64,000 bases of DNA, from positions 66,356-130,355 of IMG/VR virus record IMGVR_UViG_3300037067_007160; one strand, given 5' to 3'. How positions within the stretch are numbered: position 1 is the first letter of the stretch; each line of letters opens with the position of its first letter. The stretch comes from a virus (taxonomy: Duplodnaviria; Caudoviricetes). Of the stretch, positions 34,308 to 43,242 are shown piece by piece. A program made the translations under genes and the position numbers. Under the pieces are notes generated by a model, which saw only the letters and a program-made list of their open reading frames with translations, did not search any database and was not told the DNA's origin.

Positions 34308-34790
34308 ATGATAGATCTAGGTATATTAAAGACCGAAGTTGAGACTGATCCTCTTGGACTTGGTTATAGCAGTGGAAAGCTCAAGCCAAATAAGGTAATT
34401 GCTGAAATAATGAATACTGTGCCAGGAACTCCTGGGAGTGGTAGAGAAGTTGATAAGAGTACAGTGACATCATCAGAAATAATGAGTTGTATAGTCTCAG
34501 TGGAGTACGATGCTCTTAAGGCAACTGATAAGGAGAAGCTGGCTCTTCTTCTCTCAGTCGAGACTATACACGTCTCGAAGCCTACTACAATTGCTTTTCT
34601 TGATTCAATGTTTAATAATACGACAGTAACCTATGCTAACATTAGAGCTTTGTTCAAGGCTCCAGTTAGTCGGGCCATCTCCCTCTTTGGTGAACCTGTT
34701 CACTATTGGGATATAGCGAAGGCCCTTAACAATGGTAATCCTGATCAATTATCCGCACAGGCTGAACTGGGCGCCAAAGAGGTGAAATAA
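34308..34790 (+). CDS. Fibre-associated hypothetical protein
   Basis: TDPLGLGY..SRA motif; AAGGAG RBS. Confidence 0.6.
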   Translation: MIDLGILKTEVETDPLGLGYSSGKLKPNKVIAEIMNTVPGTPGSGREVDKSTVTSSEIMSCIVSVEYDALKATDKEKLALLLSVETIHVSKPTTIAFLDSMFNNTTVTYANIRALFKAPVSRAISLFGEPVHYWDIAKALNNGNPDQLSAQAELGAKEVK

Positions 34791-34791
34791 A

Positions 34792-35265
34792 ATGGCTAAC
34801 GAAATCAAAGATAAATTTAGCTCATCAACTGCATTTACTATAACACTAGCAAGTTTGGCAACGTCAGTAGTTGGTGTTGGTAGGCAGTCGGATATTGTTG
34901 ATAATAGTGTCACCCGCTACCAAGATGTTCTTGTCTATGCCAAGATCAAACAAGGTACGTCTCCTACAGGCAGCAGATCAGTGTACGTCTATGCTATAAG
35001 ATCTGACGCTAATGCAACTCCTCATAGGTCAGACGCGGCCGGCGCATCTGATGCTGGTATTACAATACTTAATGCCGAGCTTATAGGTGTAATGAGGAAT
35101 AAGGCAAGTCCAACAACAGGGGATGATCTCTATGGTGAGTTTATGCTTAGTAGGCCCGGTCCTGGCTTTGGTATAGCTATTGTGCATGATACTGCAGTTA
35201 ACCTTGATTCAACTGGTAGTAATCATTGGGTAAGGTGGATAGGACTTAATCCCGAGGTGCAATAG
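34792..35265 (+). CDS. Fibre-associated beta-sandwich protein
   Basis: 157 aa, TITLASLA N-terminus. Confidence 0.6.
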   Translation: MANEIKDKFSSSTAFTITLASLATSVVGVGRQSDIVDNSVTRYQDVLVYAKIKQGTSPTGSRSVYVYAIRSDANATPHRSDAAGASDAGITILNAELIGVMRNKASPTTGDDLYGEFMLSRPGPGFGIAIVHDTAVNLDSTGSNHWVRWIGLNPEVQ

Positions 35266-36200
35266 TGATCTACGCTCCTAGATCATCTCTTCCTAAGGTT
35301 CATCGTTTTCAACCAGGAAAGTTCGTAAATCCAAAACTATGGAATAATCTTCAGATCTGGTATCTTGGAGAACGATCCCTACCAACAATGGAACACCTAG
35401 GACTTCTTGTTGTTCCAGTAAAGAACCTTAAGAAAAGAACGGATATAATACAGTATGTAGGTGATTCTGGCATCGTAGACGGATCGATGATTTCTAGTGT
35501 TCCACTAAATGGTAGAACACATGGGCCATTTGGAAGATGTATACCATTTAGTGGTGGTGTTACTGAGAGAATAGAAACTACACAAACACTAACCCAATGG
35601 ATATCTACATCCGACTGGATTAGCACCATGATGTTATGGGTCTACATATCATCATCAGTCGCATGTCCAGCAGGATCAACTGCCTATGCTGGTGAATGTC
35701 TATTTGGTGATAATGGTGGCTACTATGGTGCATTTAGGTACAATAAGTCTGGTACTGGTGATAAGATTCACTTCTACTCGTGGGGAAGCTCAGAGACAAC
35801 CGTAAGTGCCGCAACTATACTTGACCAGTGGGTTCATTATACATTTGTTAGAGATGGATCAAATGGTTACGTATATACTAATGGTGTTCTATCAGCATCA
35901 GGCACATTACAGGATATTAGTGGTCTAACCAACCCGCTCTACTTTGGTCGTACACAGTATTCTATACAATTTGTTGGCGGTATGGATGATATTCGTCTAT
36001 ACTCTAGAATATTATCTGATAAAGAAATCTACGATTCTTCAAGAGGAATACTACCAACAACAACGACGCCGCCTAGTCCTTCCTTGCGTTATATAGACTC
36101 TATACCAACGTCTGTATTACACAGGGCCAACTTTGGCGGCGGTGGTTGTTTTGGTGGAACGATTCAGTCAACAGGCCTTGTTGGTATTGGTGTATCTTAG
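35265..36200 (+). CDS. LamG/ConA-like lectin domain protein
   Basis: WVHYTFVRDG..VYTNG..FVGGMDDIRLYSRILS. Confidence 0.8.
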   Translation: MIYAPRSSLPKVHRFQPGKFVNPKLWNNLQIWYLGERSLPTMEHLGLLVVPVKNLKKRTDIIQYVGDSGIVDGSMISSVPLNGRTHGPFGRCIPFSGGVTERIETTQTLTQWISTSDWISTMMLWVYISSSVACPAGSTAYAGECLFGDNGGYYGAFRYNKSGTGDKIHFYSWGSSETTVSAATILDQWVHYTFVRDGSNGYVYTNGVLSASGTLQDISGLTNPLYFGRTQYSIQFVGGMDDIRLYSRILSDKEIYDSSRGILPTTTTPPSPSLRYIDSIPTSVLHRANFGGGGCFGGTIQSTGLVGIGVS

Positions 36201-36367
36201 GCCTCGTTTAGTGTGAATCCAACTTGATTCTTAAAGATTACTGGTTCTCCTTTAGCAGTATATAGATATGGCTGGTTGCTTGGACAGTGCGTCTTAACAT
36301 ACTCATCAGACGCCTTTATCTGATCTATAATATTTCTATCTCTAAGCTGTAAGAATATCCCCTCCAT
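36197..36367 (-). CDS. Small hypothetical protein
   Basis: MEGIFLQLRD... with GAGGGG RBS. Confidence 0.45.
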   Translation of the reverse strand: MEGIFLQLRDRNIIDQIKASDEYVKTHCPSNQPYLYTAKGEPVIFKNQVGFTLNEA

Positions 36368-36707
36368 TAGAACCCCCTCTAAATAAGTTCTCCAGTTTCT
36401 CCAACTTGCCTGTCTTCTCTCCAAGGATGGAACTACCACCCATGAATAGTTCATACTCATCCATGAGAAGGCGCATCCTCGCTGTTCTATCATTAATCTC
36501 TTTTGGAATGTTGTTCTTCATCTGATCGAACTTCTTCTGCCTATCAAAGAATTCGATCTTTCCTTCGCCATCCATTTGAACAACTTTCTCATCCTTTAAC
36601 GACTCTTGTGCAATCTTCAAGAGGATGACCTTGTTCTGTTCTATGGCTATAGCAGCCTCGAGACTCTCAACAACAGCGCTTGATATCTTATTCCATCGTG
36701 GTTCCAT
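36342..36707 (-). CDS. Hypothetical coiled-coil protein
   Basis: 121 aa, AAGGAG RBS. Confidence 0.6.
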   Translation of the reverse strand: MEPRWNKISSAVVESLEAAIAIEQNKVILLKIAQESLKDEKVVQMDGEGKIEFFDRQKKFDQMKNNIPKEINDRTARMRLLMDEYELFMGGSSILGEKTGKLEKLENLFRGGSNGGDILTA

Positions 36708-36809
36708 TTATCTCTCCTTTGAGTTTGTGCTTTCTAGCACTCTTGCCCTTCGTAGTTAATATATCCACCATCTTCAGCTTCAGTAAATAACATCAGTTGT
36801 ATTTCCATG

Positions 36810-37667
36810 TTAATAGCTCCCATCATCTTTTTTACATTGATCTAGAAATTGACAGTACTGGCACTGCCAGTCTCCTCCAACTCCTGACTCCATCCAGGTC
36901 TCATACTTCTCCTTTGTAATCTTCTTCCTCGCATAAAGCTTTGCAACCAACTCTCTGGACTTCCACTGTTTTTCATAGCTAGGAGTTGGGACACTAGGCC
37001 CAGAAGAAGTAACAATAGACTGTATGACGTCTTTTTTGTCAATAGGACACGAATCAACCATGTAAGAGATGGCATCAAGTTGCCCCCGGTCATAGTAGAT
37101 AACTTCAATGCTATCTATTTTACCAAGTTTCTCTGGAAAAAGCAACATTGTTATCCATGCCTGAAGCAAGTGACCTTCCTTGATACTTCCTGCTGTGGTT
37201 ATATTCTTTGTTTTCGTGCCAAATACTTCCGCTCGAAAGCCATATCCAGAACCAGTGAATATAAGGACGCCTTGTACAGTTGGTACATCTATACCAGCAG
37301 TGATCATTCCATCAAGATAGCACCAAATGTTTCTCTTCTCAGTAGGAACATACCAACCATAAGGTTCAATACTCAGTGGTCGTATAACTCTCTGAATCTT
37401 CTCAAGAAGTATCTTCTTTATAGAGGCTGTAATATGATCAGCTATAACAAGGTGATCCTTCTCCTTGTTAGTCTCTGTTATGTCATTTATTCTATACCAG
37501 AGACTTCTAGAACAACCACCAAGTCTTCCATTAATATAGTCAACTCCAACATCTCTTATACTAGGAGACTGATTGACTAGGTCCTTGAGGGGTTGCGTCT
37601 GAACTCCCTGAATCTTTTCCATAAGTGTTCCCTCTACCGGACCCGTTATATTTCTTAGAAGCGTCAT
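36810..37667 (-). CDS. Cas4/RecB-like nuclease-fold protein with 4-Cys cluster, degenerate active site
   Basis: GCSRSLWY ... WQCQYCQFLDQC; LDG present but no E-x-K. Confidence 0.65.
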   Translation of the reverse strand: MTLLRNITGPVEGTLMEKIQGVQTQPLKDLVNQSPSIRDVGVDYINGRLGGCSRSLWYRINDITETNKEKDHLVIADHITASIKKILLEKIQRVIRPLSIEPYGWYVPTEKRNIWCYLDGMITAGIDVPTVQGVLIFTGSGYGFRAEVFGTKTKNITTAGSIKEGHLLQAWITMLLFPEKLGKIDSIEVIYYDRGQLDAISYMVDSCPIDKKDVIQSIVTSSGPSVPTPSYEKQWKSRELVAKLYARKKITKEKYETWMESGVGGDWQCQYCQFLDQCKKDDGSY

Positions 37668-40056
37668 ATGTAGCTCCTTTCGCCCTAATTCTATCAACTT
37701 CCTTACTAACCAATGTCTGTGCCTCTGTAGGATTCATCTCTTCGTAGCGAGATCTCTTAGGATCAAACTTGAAGAATATATTCCCCTTGGAACCTGTTAT
37801 TTTATTCTTAGGACACTCAAGCTCATTGATAGGTGAGGTTGTGCCTTTGTTATTCCATATCATAACACTCTGTCTATCAATATGGTAGTTCTGGTGAAGA
37901 ATCCAAACAAGGTCACTGACGAACTCAATGGATCCAGTTCCCTTAACATCTCTAATGGTAGCTCTCGAAGACCATTCAGTCTTCCGAAGCTCTACATTTA
38001 CGAACATGGGAATGTTATAGCGTTTGCACATACGCTTGATGCGCTTGGCGGTGGAGTCCATTTCCTCCCATTTACCACTATCAACATCAGCCAATCTATG
38101 GAAGTTGTCCAGCATGAAGACAAGCTTCTTCTCTGGATACTTCTTGATAGCCTCGTTGATATGCTTCTCCATAGCAAGGACTGTGAATCCATCATCATCA
38201 TCCTTGATAACCATCCGATCCTTAAGCTTGGCCATCTCATCAAATCCGGCCAGGACTGTCTTCTCCATTACTGGGTTCTTCTCAAGTAGGATCCTATTAG
38301 ATACGAGGTCCTGTGGTACTCCAGTCAGGAGAGAGACGAAACCATTGATGATCTTCTGAAATGAGTCGTCGATGCTCATGAAGATAAGATGGATCTCTGG
38401 GTTAGAACGAATAAGCTCCCAGGCCAAGTTTCGCACAAAGCTTGTCTTACCAATATTAGCATATCCAGTAAGAATCATCATCTGTGCATCACAAGGAAAA
38501 CCACCAAGGGCCTCACTTATCTGCGTAAGCTTTCCACAGGAGAATCGGTTTCCTACATTCTTGTTCAGTAATAGATTCTTTACCGACGCGACCTTCTCAA
38601 CGTAGTCAACCTGCTCATTAGTAGTGTCCTCTATCATATTCAACATCTTTCCATAGTAATCACCAACCATGGTTACAATAGAGTCTGTATCGTTAAGCGA
38701 GGATAGCTTCCGCTGCATATCCTTACCAGCCTGAAGGATCTTCTTTTGTACCATGTTCTGAATACCATTGGTCTGGTTAAGAACTTCCTGGTTAATAAAG
38801 TCTAATGGTATGTTAGTCTTGGCAGACAGGGTCCTACACATATCCCATCTAGAGATTGAGTTTGGCTCATTTACGATAAGAGGAATCATCTTATCGGCCG
38901 TCTCCTTAGGATCTGCATTATATGGTAGGTGGTCCAGCTTCCAGGCGAATGGAGCTAGAAGTTGGAACTTGTTAAACTCTTCTAGTCCATTCTCCGATAT
39001 GAAGCTATCTGGATCATCAGAAGTGGGTGGTAGATTGCATATCCTTGCTGATACAGTAGGTGCCTTTACTAGATGTTCATCTATGATCTTACCTGTATTA
39101 TGAACACCCATTGTATCTCCATCTAGGCAGAGAATTAGGTTGGTAAGATTATGCTCGATCAATACATCTAAATGATTCTCTCCTGTCTTATGCGCCTCAG
39201 AGGGAGAGGTAAAGGATGTTCCACCAATAGCTGCCACCTTCTTTGTCCCAGCCTGCCAGAGTGTAACTCTGTCTGGATATCCCTCGACTATCCAGAGTGG
39301 ACCAGGAAGGTCAAGACATTCATTAAGGCCATAAAGAATTCGTCCCTTTGGATAGATAACAGAGAGTGGGCTATTAACATACTTTGCACCATACTTCTCT
39401 TCATCGCCCTTCTGTTTAACCAACATATTACGTGCGGCGAAAGCTACTGGCCGGCCATTTATATCATTGACAGTAAATATAAGTGAGTTGTGAGAAAAGA
39501 TTCTCCTATCCAGTAGGCCGACCTGCTGCATAAACTCCTGTGTCCAACCAAGAGCTTTCATAGTCTTAAGATAGATATCAAAATTATCAACAGTTCCTAT
39601 ACCAAGAGCCCTTGCTGTCTCAACTGTCCACTTTCTATCCAATAGATAGCAGTGGATCATGGAGTCCTGCCTATCAAGACTAGAGGCAACGTAGGCAGCA
39701 ACATCCCTGTGTATTGCTAGAAGCTGGTATCTCTCCTTATCCTCCTGAGTAAGAGTCTCTTCTGTGTACTCAATCTTGAAGCGCTTCGCCAGTTCACTAA
39801 CTGTCACCTTCCAGAAGTCAGGGCCCTCTATAGGCATGTCTTCTAGATAGTGAGCAGCATGAAATATAGTTCCACTGGTAGAGCAACCAAGGCAATGCCA
39901 TACCATATTGTCCGTTCCAGGAACTATACCAACCGAAGGTGTACTATCATTATGAAGTCCAGTAAAGCATTGAAACTTTCCTATTACCTTTATTCCTTTA
40001 CTGGAAAGATATGGCAGTAGATGTGCTTTCAATTCTTCAATCACTGTTTCATTCAT
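37561..40056 (-). CDS. DnaG-type primase fused to DnaB-like helicase
   Basis: C..H.D.TPS..CLGC zinc finger, KYVNSP, VEGYPD and LDGD TOPRIM motifs, GYANIGKTS Walker A, LDNFH. Confidence 0.9.
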   Translation of the reverse strand: MNETVIEELKAHLLPYLSSKGIKVIGKFQCFTGLHNDSTPSVGIVPGTDNMVWHCLGCSTSGTIFHAAHYLEDMPIEGPDFWKVTVSELAKRFKIEYTEETLTQEDKERYQLLAIHRDVAAYVASSLDRQDSMIHCYLLDRKWTVETARALGIGTVDNFDIYLKTMKALGWTQEFMQQVGLLDRRIFSHNSLIFTVNDINGRPVAFAARNMLVKQKGDEEKYGAKYVNSPLSVIYPKGRILYGLNECLDLPGPLWIVEGYPDRVTLWQAGTKKVAAIGGTSFTSPSEAHKTGENHLDVLIEHNLTNLILCLDGDTMGVHNTGKIIDEHLVKAPTVSARICNLPPTSDDPDSFISENGLEEFNKFQLLAPFAWKLDHLPYNADPKETADKMIPLIVNEPNSISRWDMCRTLSAKTNIPLDFINQEVLNQTNGIQNMVQKKILQAGKDMQRKLSSLNDTDSIVTMVGDYYGKMLNMIEDTTNEQVDYVEKVASVKNLLLNKNVGNRFSCGKLTQISEALGGFPCDAQMMILTGYANIGKTSFVRNLAWELIRSNPEIHLIFMSIDDSFQKIINGFVSLLTGVPQDLVSNRILLEKNPVMEKTVLAGFDEMAKLKDRMVIKDDDDGFTVLAMEKHINEAIKKYPEKKLVFMLDNFHRLADVDSGKWEEMDSTAKRIKRMCKRYNIPMFVNVELRKTEWSSRATIRDVKGTGSIEFVSDLVWILHQNYHIDRQSVMIWNNKGTTSPINELECPKNKITGSKGNIFFKFDPKRSRYEEMNPTEAQTLVSKEVDRIRAKGATYDASKKYNGSGRGNTYGKDSGSSDATPQGPSQSVS

Positions 40057-40126
40057 GTTAACCTCCAAATTTTCTAACCTATCAAGTAACACCTATGACC
40101 CATTTGTTTGAGATATAATAGAAGGG

Positions 40127-40849
40127 ATGAAACTTACCATTGACCAACTTCGACAATTTTCCACCTGTCCACTTCTCCTTGAGCAGTATGAATCTTATCA
40201 AAGAGAAACACTGGTGTCAAGAACTATTAGAGATGGTATCATGTCTCTAATATATTCTACACTATATCTCAAGATGCGTGGAAAAAAACCCTCCCAGAAG
40301 ACTATCATCCAACTATGGAAAGAAGCAACAACCAAGATAGAATGTTGCCATCCAAACATAAAGAAAGAAGACTTTGAGTTTCCGGCCCAATGTGTCGCCA
40401 TCTTTCTTGAGCACTACCTAGATAAGACAGACGAGGAGATCATAGGAATAGGTGTTCCTTTCTCATTCAAGATCATTGATAATGATATCTCCATTTCTGA
40501 CTCCTTTCCTCTCCTTTCTAGAAACCCCTATGGCACCCGGATAACTATCTTTGAGATGGACTGGAAGAGTAGACTAAAGCTATGGATGGAAAATGATCCA
40601 CTTCTCTCTATATACCCATTAGCCTATAAGGATGAATATGGTCCTAACTTTCTTAATCTAACCGTACACAACCTAGGAGATGGAAGCCAGATTGAACTTA
40701 TCAAAAAGCCATCAATTCTAGATGATCATAGAAAAAGACTTGCTATGCTTCTTGATCTTTGTTATAATCATTATAGTTTTTCAAATGATCAATACTGTAG
40801 TAGATGTAAAATCGCATCGAAATGCCATAATACGAGGTATATTGAGTGA
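40127..40849 (+). CDS. PD-(D/E)XK nuclease-like protein with 4-Cys cluster, degenerate
   Basis: FSTCP ... CSRCKIASKC; catalytic motifs not recognisable. Confidence 0.55.
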   Translation: MKLTIDQLRQFSTCPLLLEQYESYQRETLVSRTIRDGIMSLIYSTLYLKMRGKKPSQKTIIQLWKEATTKIECCHPNIKKEDFEFPAQCVAIFLEHYLDKTDEEIIGIGVPFSFKIIDNDISISDSFPLLSRNPYGTRITIFEMDWKSRLKLWMENDPLLSIYPLAYKDEYGPNFLNLTVHNLGDGSQIELIKKPSILDDHRKRLAMLLDLCYNHYSFSNDQYCSRCKIASKCHNTRYIE

Positions 40850-41037
40850 CGTCAGATCTTATGAGTGTAACAGAAGAAGTTCTAAATGACACAAATCCAT
40901 TAGATACTCTCCTATTTCATATGAAGATTGAAAATGGACTCTCAGAGGCGGAGGTAGCAGAACTTCTCGGAATTACACGACAAAACGTGACATCAAGACT
41001 AAGGAAAGTATATAAGAGGATTAGAGAACGATGCTAG
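40846..41037 (+). CDS. Sigma region-4-like HTH protein
   Basis: LSEAEVAELLGITRQNV. Confidence 0.75.
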   Translation: MTSDLMSVTEEVLNDTNPLDTLLFHMKIENGLSEAEVAELLGITRQNVTSRLRKVYKRIRERC

Positions 41038-41597
41038 TTCTAAGCATAGATCAATCGATGGCCTGTAGCGGATGGGCACTAGTTCAGAGGGATGGAGAGA
41101 AGATAACTCTTATCCAGAATGGAACAGTTGAAACAGTTCTCGATAAGAAGGATCCTACTAACTCTGGCCGGCTTGAGTTTATCTTTGAGGCCTTTTCTAG
41201 TGTTATAAGAGATGCTATAAAGCAGTACACTAGAATAGACGCTATTGTAATAGAACGCTTCTTTAGTAAAAATTATCAAGGCACTCTGGCCGTTGCTGAG
41301 GTAAGAGGCATAATTAAGCTTCTTTCTAGTATATATATGATTCCCATCTATGAATATGCTCCACAGAGCGTTAGAAAGAAGCTTATAGGAAATGGTAGGG
41401 CTGAAAAGGAAGATGTGGTTGCCTACCTAAGAACTAAATTAGATCTTGAACAAGATATAACATTAGACGAAACCGATGCCATAGCGCAAGGAATATATGC
41501 CACAGGAGAAATCGGTGATAGGACCACGACCACTTCGACCGCTACAGAGACCATTGAAACAAGAAATAGTGGAAAGAAGAGAGGAAAGAAAAAATAA
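41031..41597 (+). CDS. ruvC: Holliday junction resolvase
   Basis: LSIDQS..SGW, VIE, GNGRAEKEDV, DETDAIA. Confidence 0.88.
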   Translation: MLVLSIDQSMACSGWALVQRDGEKITLIQNGTVETVLDKKDPTNSGRLEFIFEAFSSVIRDAIKQYTRIDAIVIERFFSKNYQGTLAVAEVRGIIKLLSSIYMIPIYEYAPQSVRKKLIGNGRAEKEDVVAYLRTKLDLEQDITLDETDAIAQGIYATGEIGDRTTTTSTATETIETRNSGKKRGKKK

Positions 41598-41658
41598 TAT
41601 ATCCGAAGATGAGATACTGCAGCTGATACTAAAGAGAAAGAGTCAAAAGGAGAGTCCA

Positions 41659-42750
41659 ATGTCTGTTCTAAGAGCTGTGAAATTTGGTATTGTTGGAATC
41701 GGCCAAGGTGGAGGAAGACTTGCCGCCGTATTCCATCAGTTGGGCTATCCTACGGTAGCTATCAACACATCACCACAAGATCTTGAACCACTTGAAGTTG
41801 GAGTTAAAGTCGCCATCGGCGCCGATGGAGCAGGACGTGATATTGGTATTGGAAGAGATGCTGTAGAGAAGAACAAGGATCAGATCATATCTTCTATCCA
41901 ACGGGCCTTTAGTACGACTGATGTTAACTATGTCTTACTCTGCAGTGGAAGCTCTGGTGGTACAGGTGGAGGTGGTATCGATCCAATGGTCGATATTATG
42001 AAGAGTCTACAACTACCTATTGGTGTCCTTACAACTCTACCTCTTAAGTCAGAGGATACAAGATCAAAGAAGAATACTCTTGAGGTCCTAAAGAGACTCT
42101 TCACTCGAGTTATTAGTGGTGATATTGCGCCATTTATTCTTATGGATAATGAGAAGATTATCCAGAACTATCCAACTCTCTCAACCTTAGAGTTCTGGAA
42201 TAAGGCCAATGAAGAAGTTGTTAAGATCTTTGATATGTTTAATGTCCTCTCAGCTAGAAATAGTGCCTATACAAGCCTTGATCCTGCTGACTATAAGAAG
42301 ATACTACGGGCCAAGGGCTGTATGATCTTTGGCGCCCTTACAGTAGAGGACGTCGGTGGAGAGAATACGTTATCCAGCATTCTTACTGAGAATATGGAGA
42401 AGGGACTTCTGGCCACAGGATTCACCCTCCTTGATGCAACACATGCTGGTATGATCGTTGTTGCAAATAGGGACACCCTATCCAAGATGCCAAGGAAGGC
42501 AGAGGAGAATGCAATGAGCACTCTTCTTAAGCTTCTTGGATCTGGCACAGTCTATAAGGGTGTCTATGAGAGTAAGAAGTCTGAGCACGTGGAGGTCCTT
42601 ACAATGATCTCAGGACTCCAGCTACCAGCCAAGAGGATAAGAGATCTAGTAGACGAGTCCAAAAAAGAAACAGTTCATCTCGAGAAAAAGAATACCCTTA
42701 AGAACATGGATGAAATTCTCAAGGAGTTCGAGAGGGAAGGAGCTGTATAA
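41659..42750 (+). CDS. Tubulin/FtsZ-family GTPase (PhuZ/TubZ-like)
   Basis: GIGQGGGR, AINTS, GAGRD, SGGTGGG signature, DNE, LDPADY; AAGGAG RBS. Confidence 0.88.
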   Translation: MSVLRAVKFGIVGIGQGGGRLAAVFHQLGYPTVAINTSPQDLEPLEVGVKVAIGADGAGRDIGIGRDAVEKNKDQIISSIQRAFSTTDVNYVLLCSGSSGGTGGGGIDPMVDIMKSLQLPIGVLTTLPLKSEDTRSKKNTLEVLKRLFTRVISGDIAPFILMDNEKIIQNYPTLSTLEFWNKANEEVVKIFDMFNVLSARNSAYTSLDPADYKKILRAKGCMIFGALTVEDVGGENTLSSILTENMEKGLLATGFTLLDATHAGMIVVANRDTLSKMPRKAEENAMSTLLKLLGSGTVYKGVYESKKSEHVEVLTMISGLQLPAKRIRDLVDESKKETVHLEKKNTLKNMDEILKEFEREGAV

Positions 42751-42968
42751 TGGCAAAGAAGACAGAACCAAAGGGATGTAGAGAAACAGTGAAGGGTCTT
42801 CAGAAGGTTATAACCGCTAATCATAATGCAGTAGTTAGCGCTGCTAAACAAATGAGTAAAGCATTAAAGGGTTCTGGAAATCCAAATGCATTTGTTCTTA
42901 TTCCAGGACATAATACACTAAAGGCACCAAACTTCAAGAAGAGACAACCAACTCGAAGCAGAGAATAG
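42750..42968 (+). CDS. Small basic protein
   Basis: 72 aa Lys-rich, TAATG coupling. Confidence 0.6.
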   Translation: MAKKTEPKGCRETVKGLQKVITANHNAVVSAAKQMSKALKGSGNPNAFVLIPGHNTLKAPNFKKRQPTRSRE

Positions 42969-42977
42969 GAGAAATAA

Positions 42978-43205
42978 ATGGGAAACAAAGGTAAGGTTAA
43001 GTGGTTTGATAAGAAGAAGGGCTGGGGATACATCACAAGAGATGATGGACAAGATTTCTTTGTCCACTACTCCAATATTAAGCTTCTTGATACAGATGGT
43101 AAAGAGAAGAAGGGATTTAAGACTCTTGAGGCTAATCAGGTTGTAGTATTTGAAACCAGGGATGATGCAAAGGGACCACAGGCTATTAATGTTGTAGTTC
43201 AGTAA
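42978..43205 (+). CDS. Cold-shock domain protein
   Basis: GKVKWF..KGWGYI..DFFVHYS..KGPQAINV. Confidence 0.93.
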   Translation: MGNKGKVKWFDKKKGWGYITRDDGQDFFVHYSNIKLLDTDGKEKKGFKTLEANQVVVFETRDDAKGPQAINVVVQ

Positions 43206-43242
43206 GTAGTTTAAGAATTATAATGGGAGGAAGATATACAAG

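Noticed and set aside
36734-36808. 24-codon minus ORF resembling a HicB N-terminus (VFTEAEDGGY)
   Set aside because: Too short to support; no hicA partner
36810-37667. CRISPR-Cas locus from the Cas4-like gene
   Set aside because: No repeat-spacer array or other cas genes; solo Cas4-like genes are common in phages
37080-39486. Plus-strand ORFs opposite the primase-helicase region
   Set aside because: Antisense shadows of well-supported minus-strand genes
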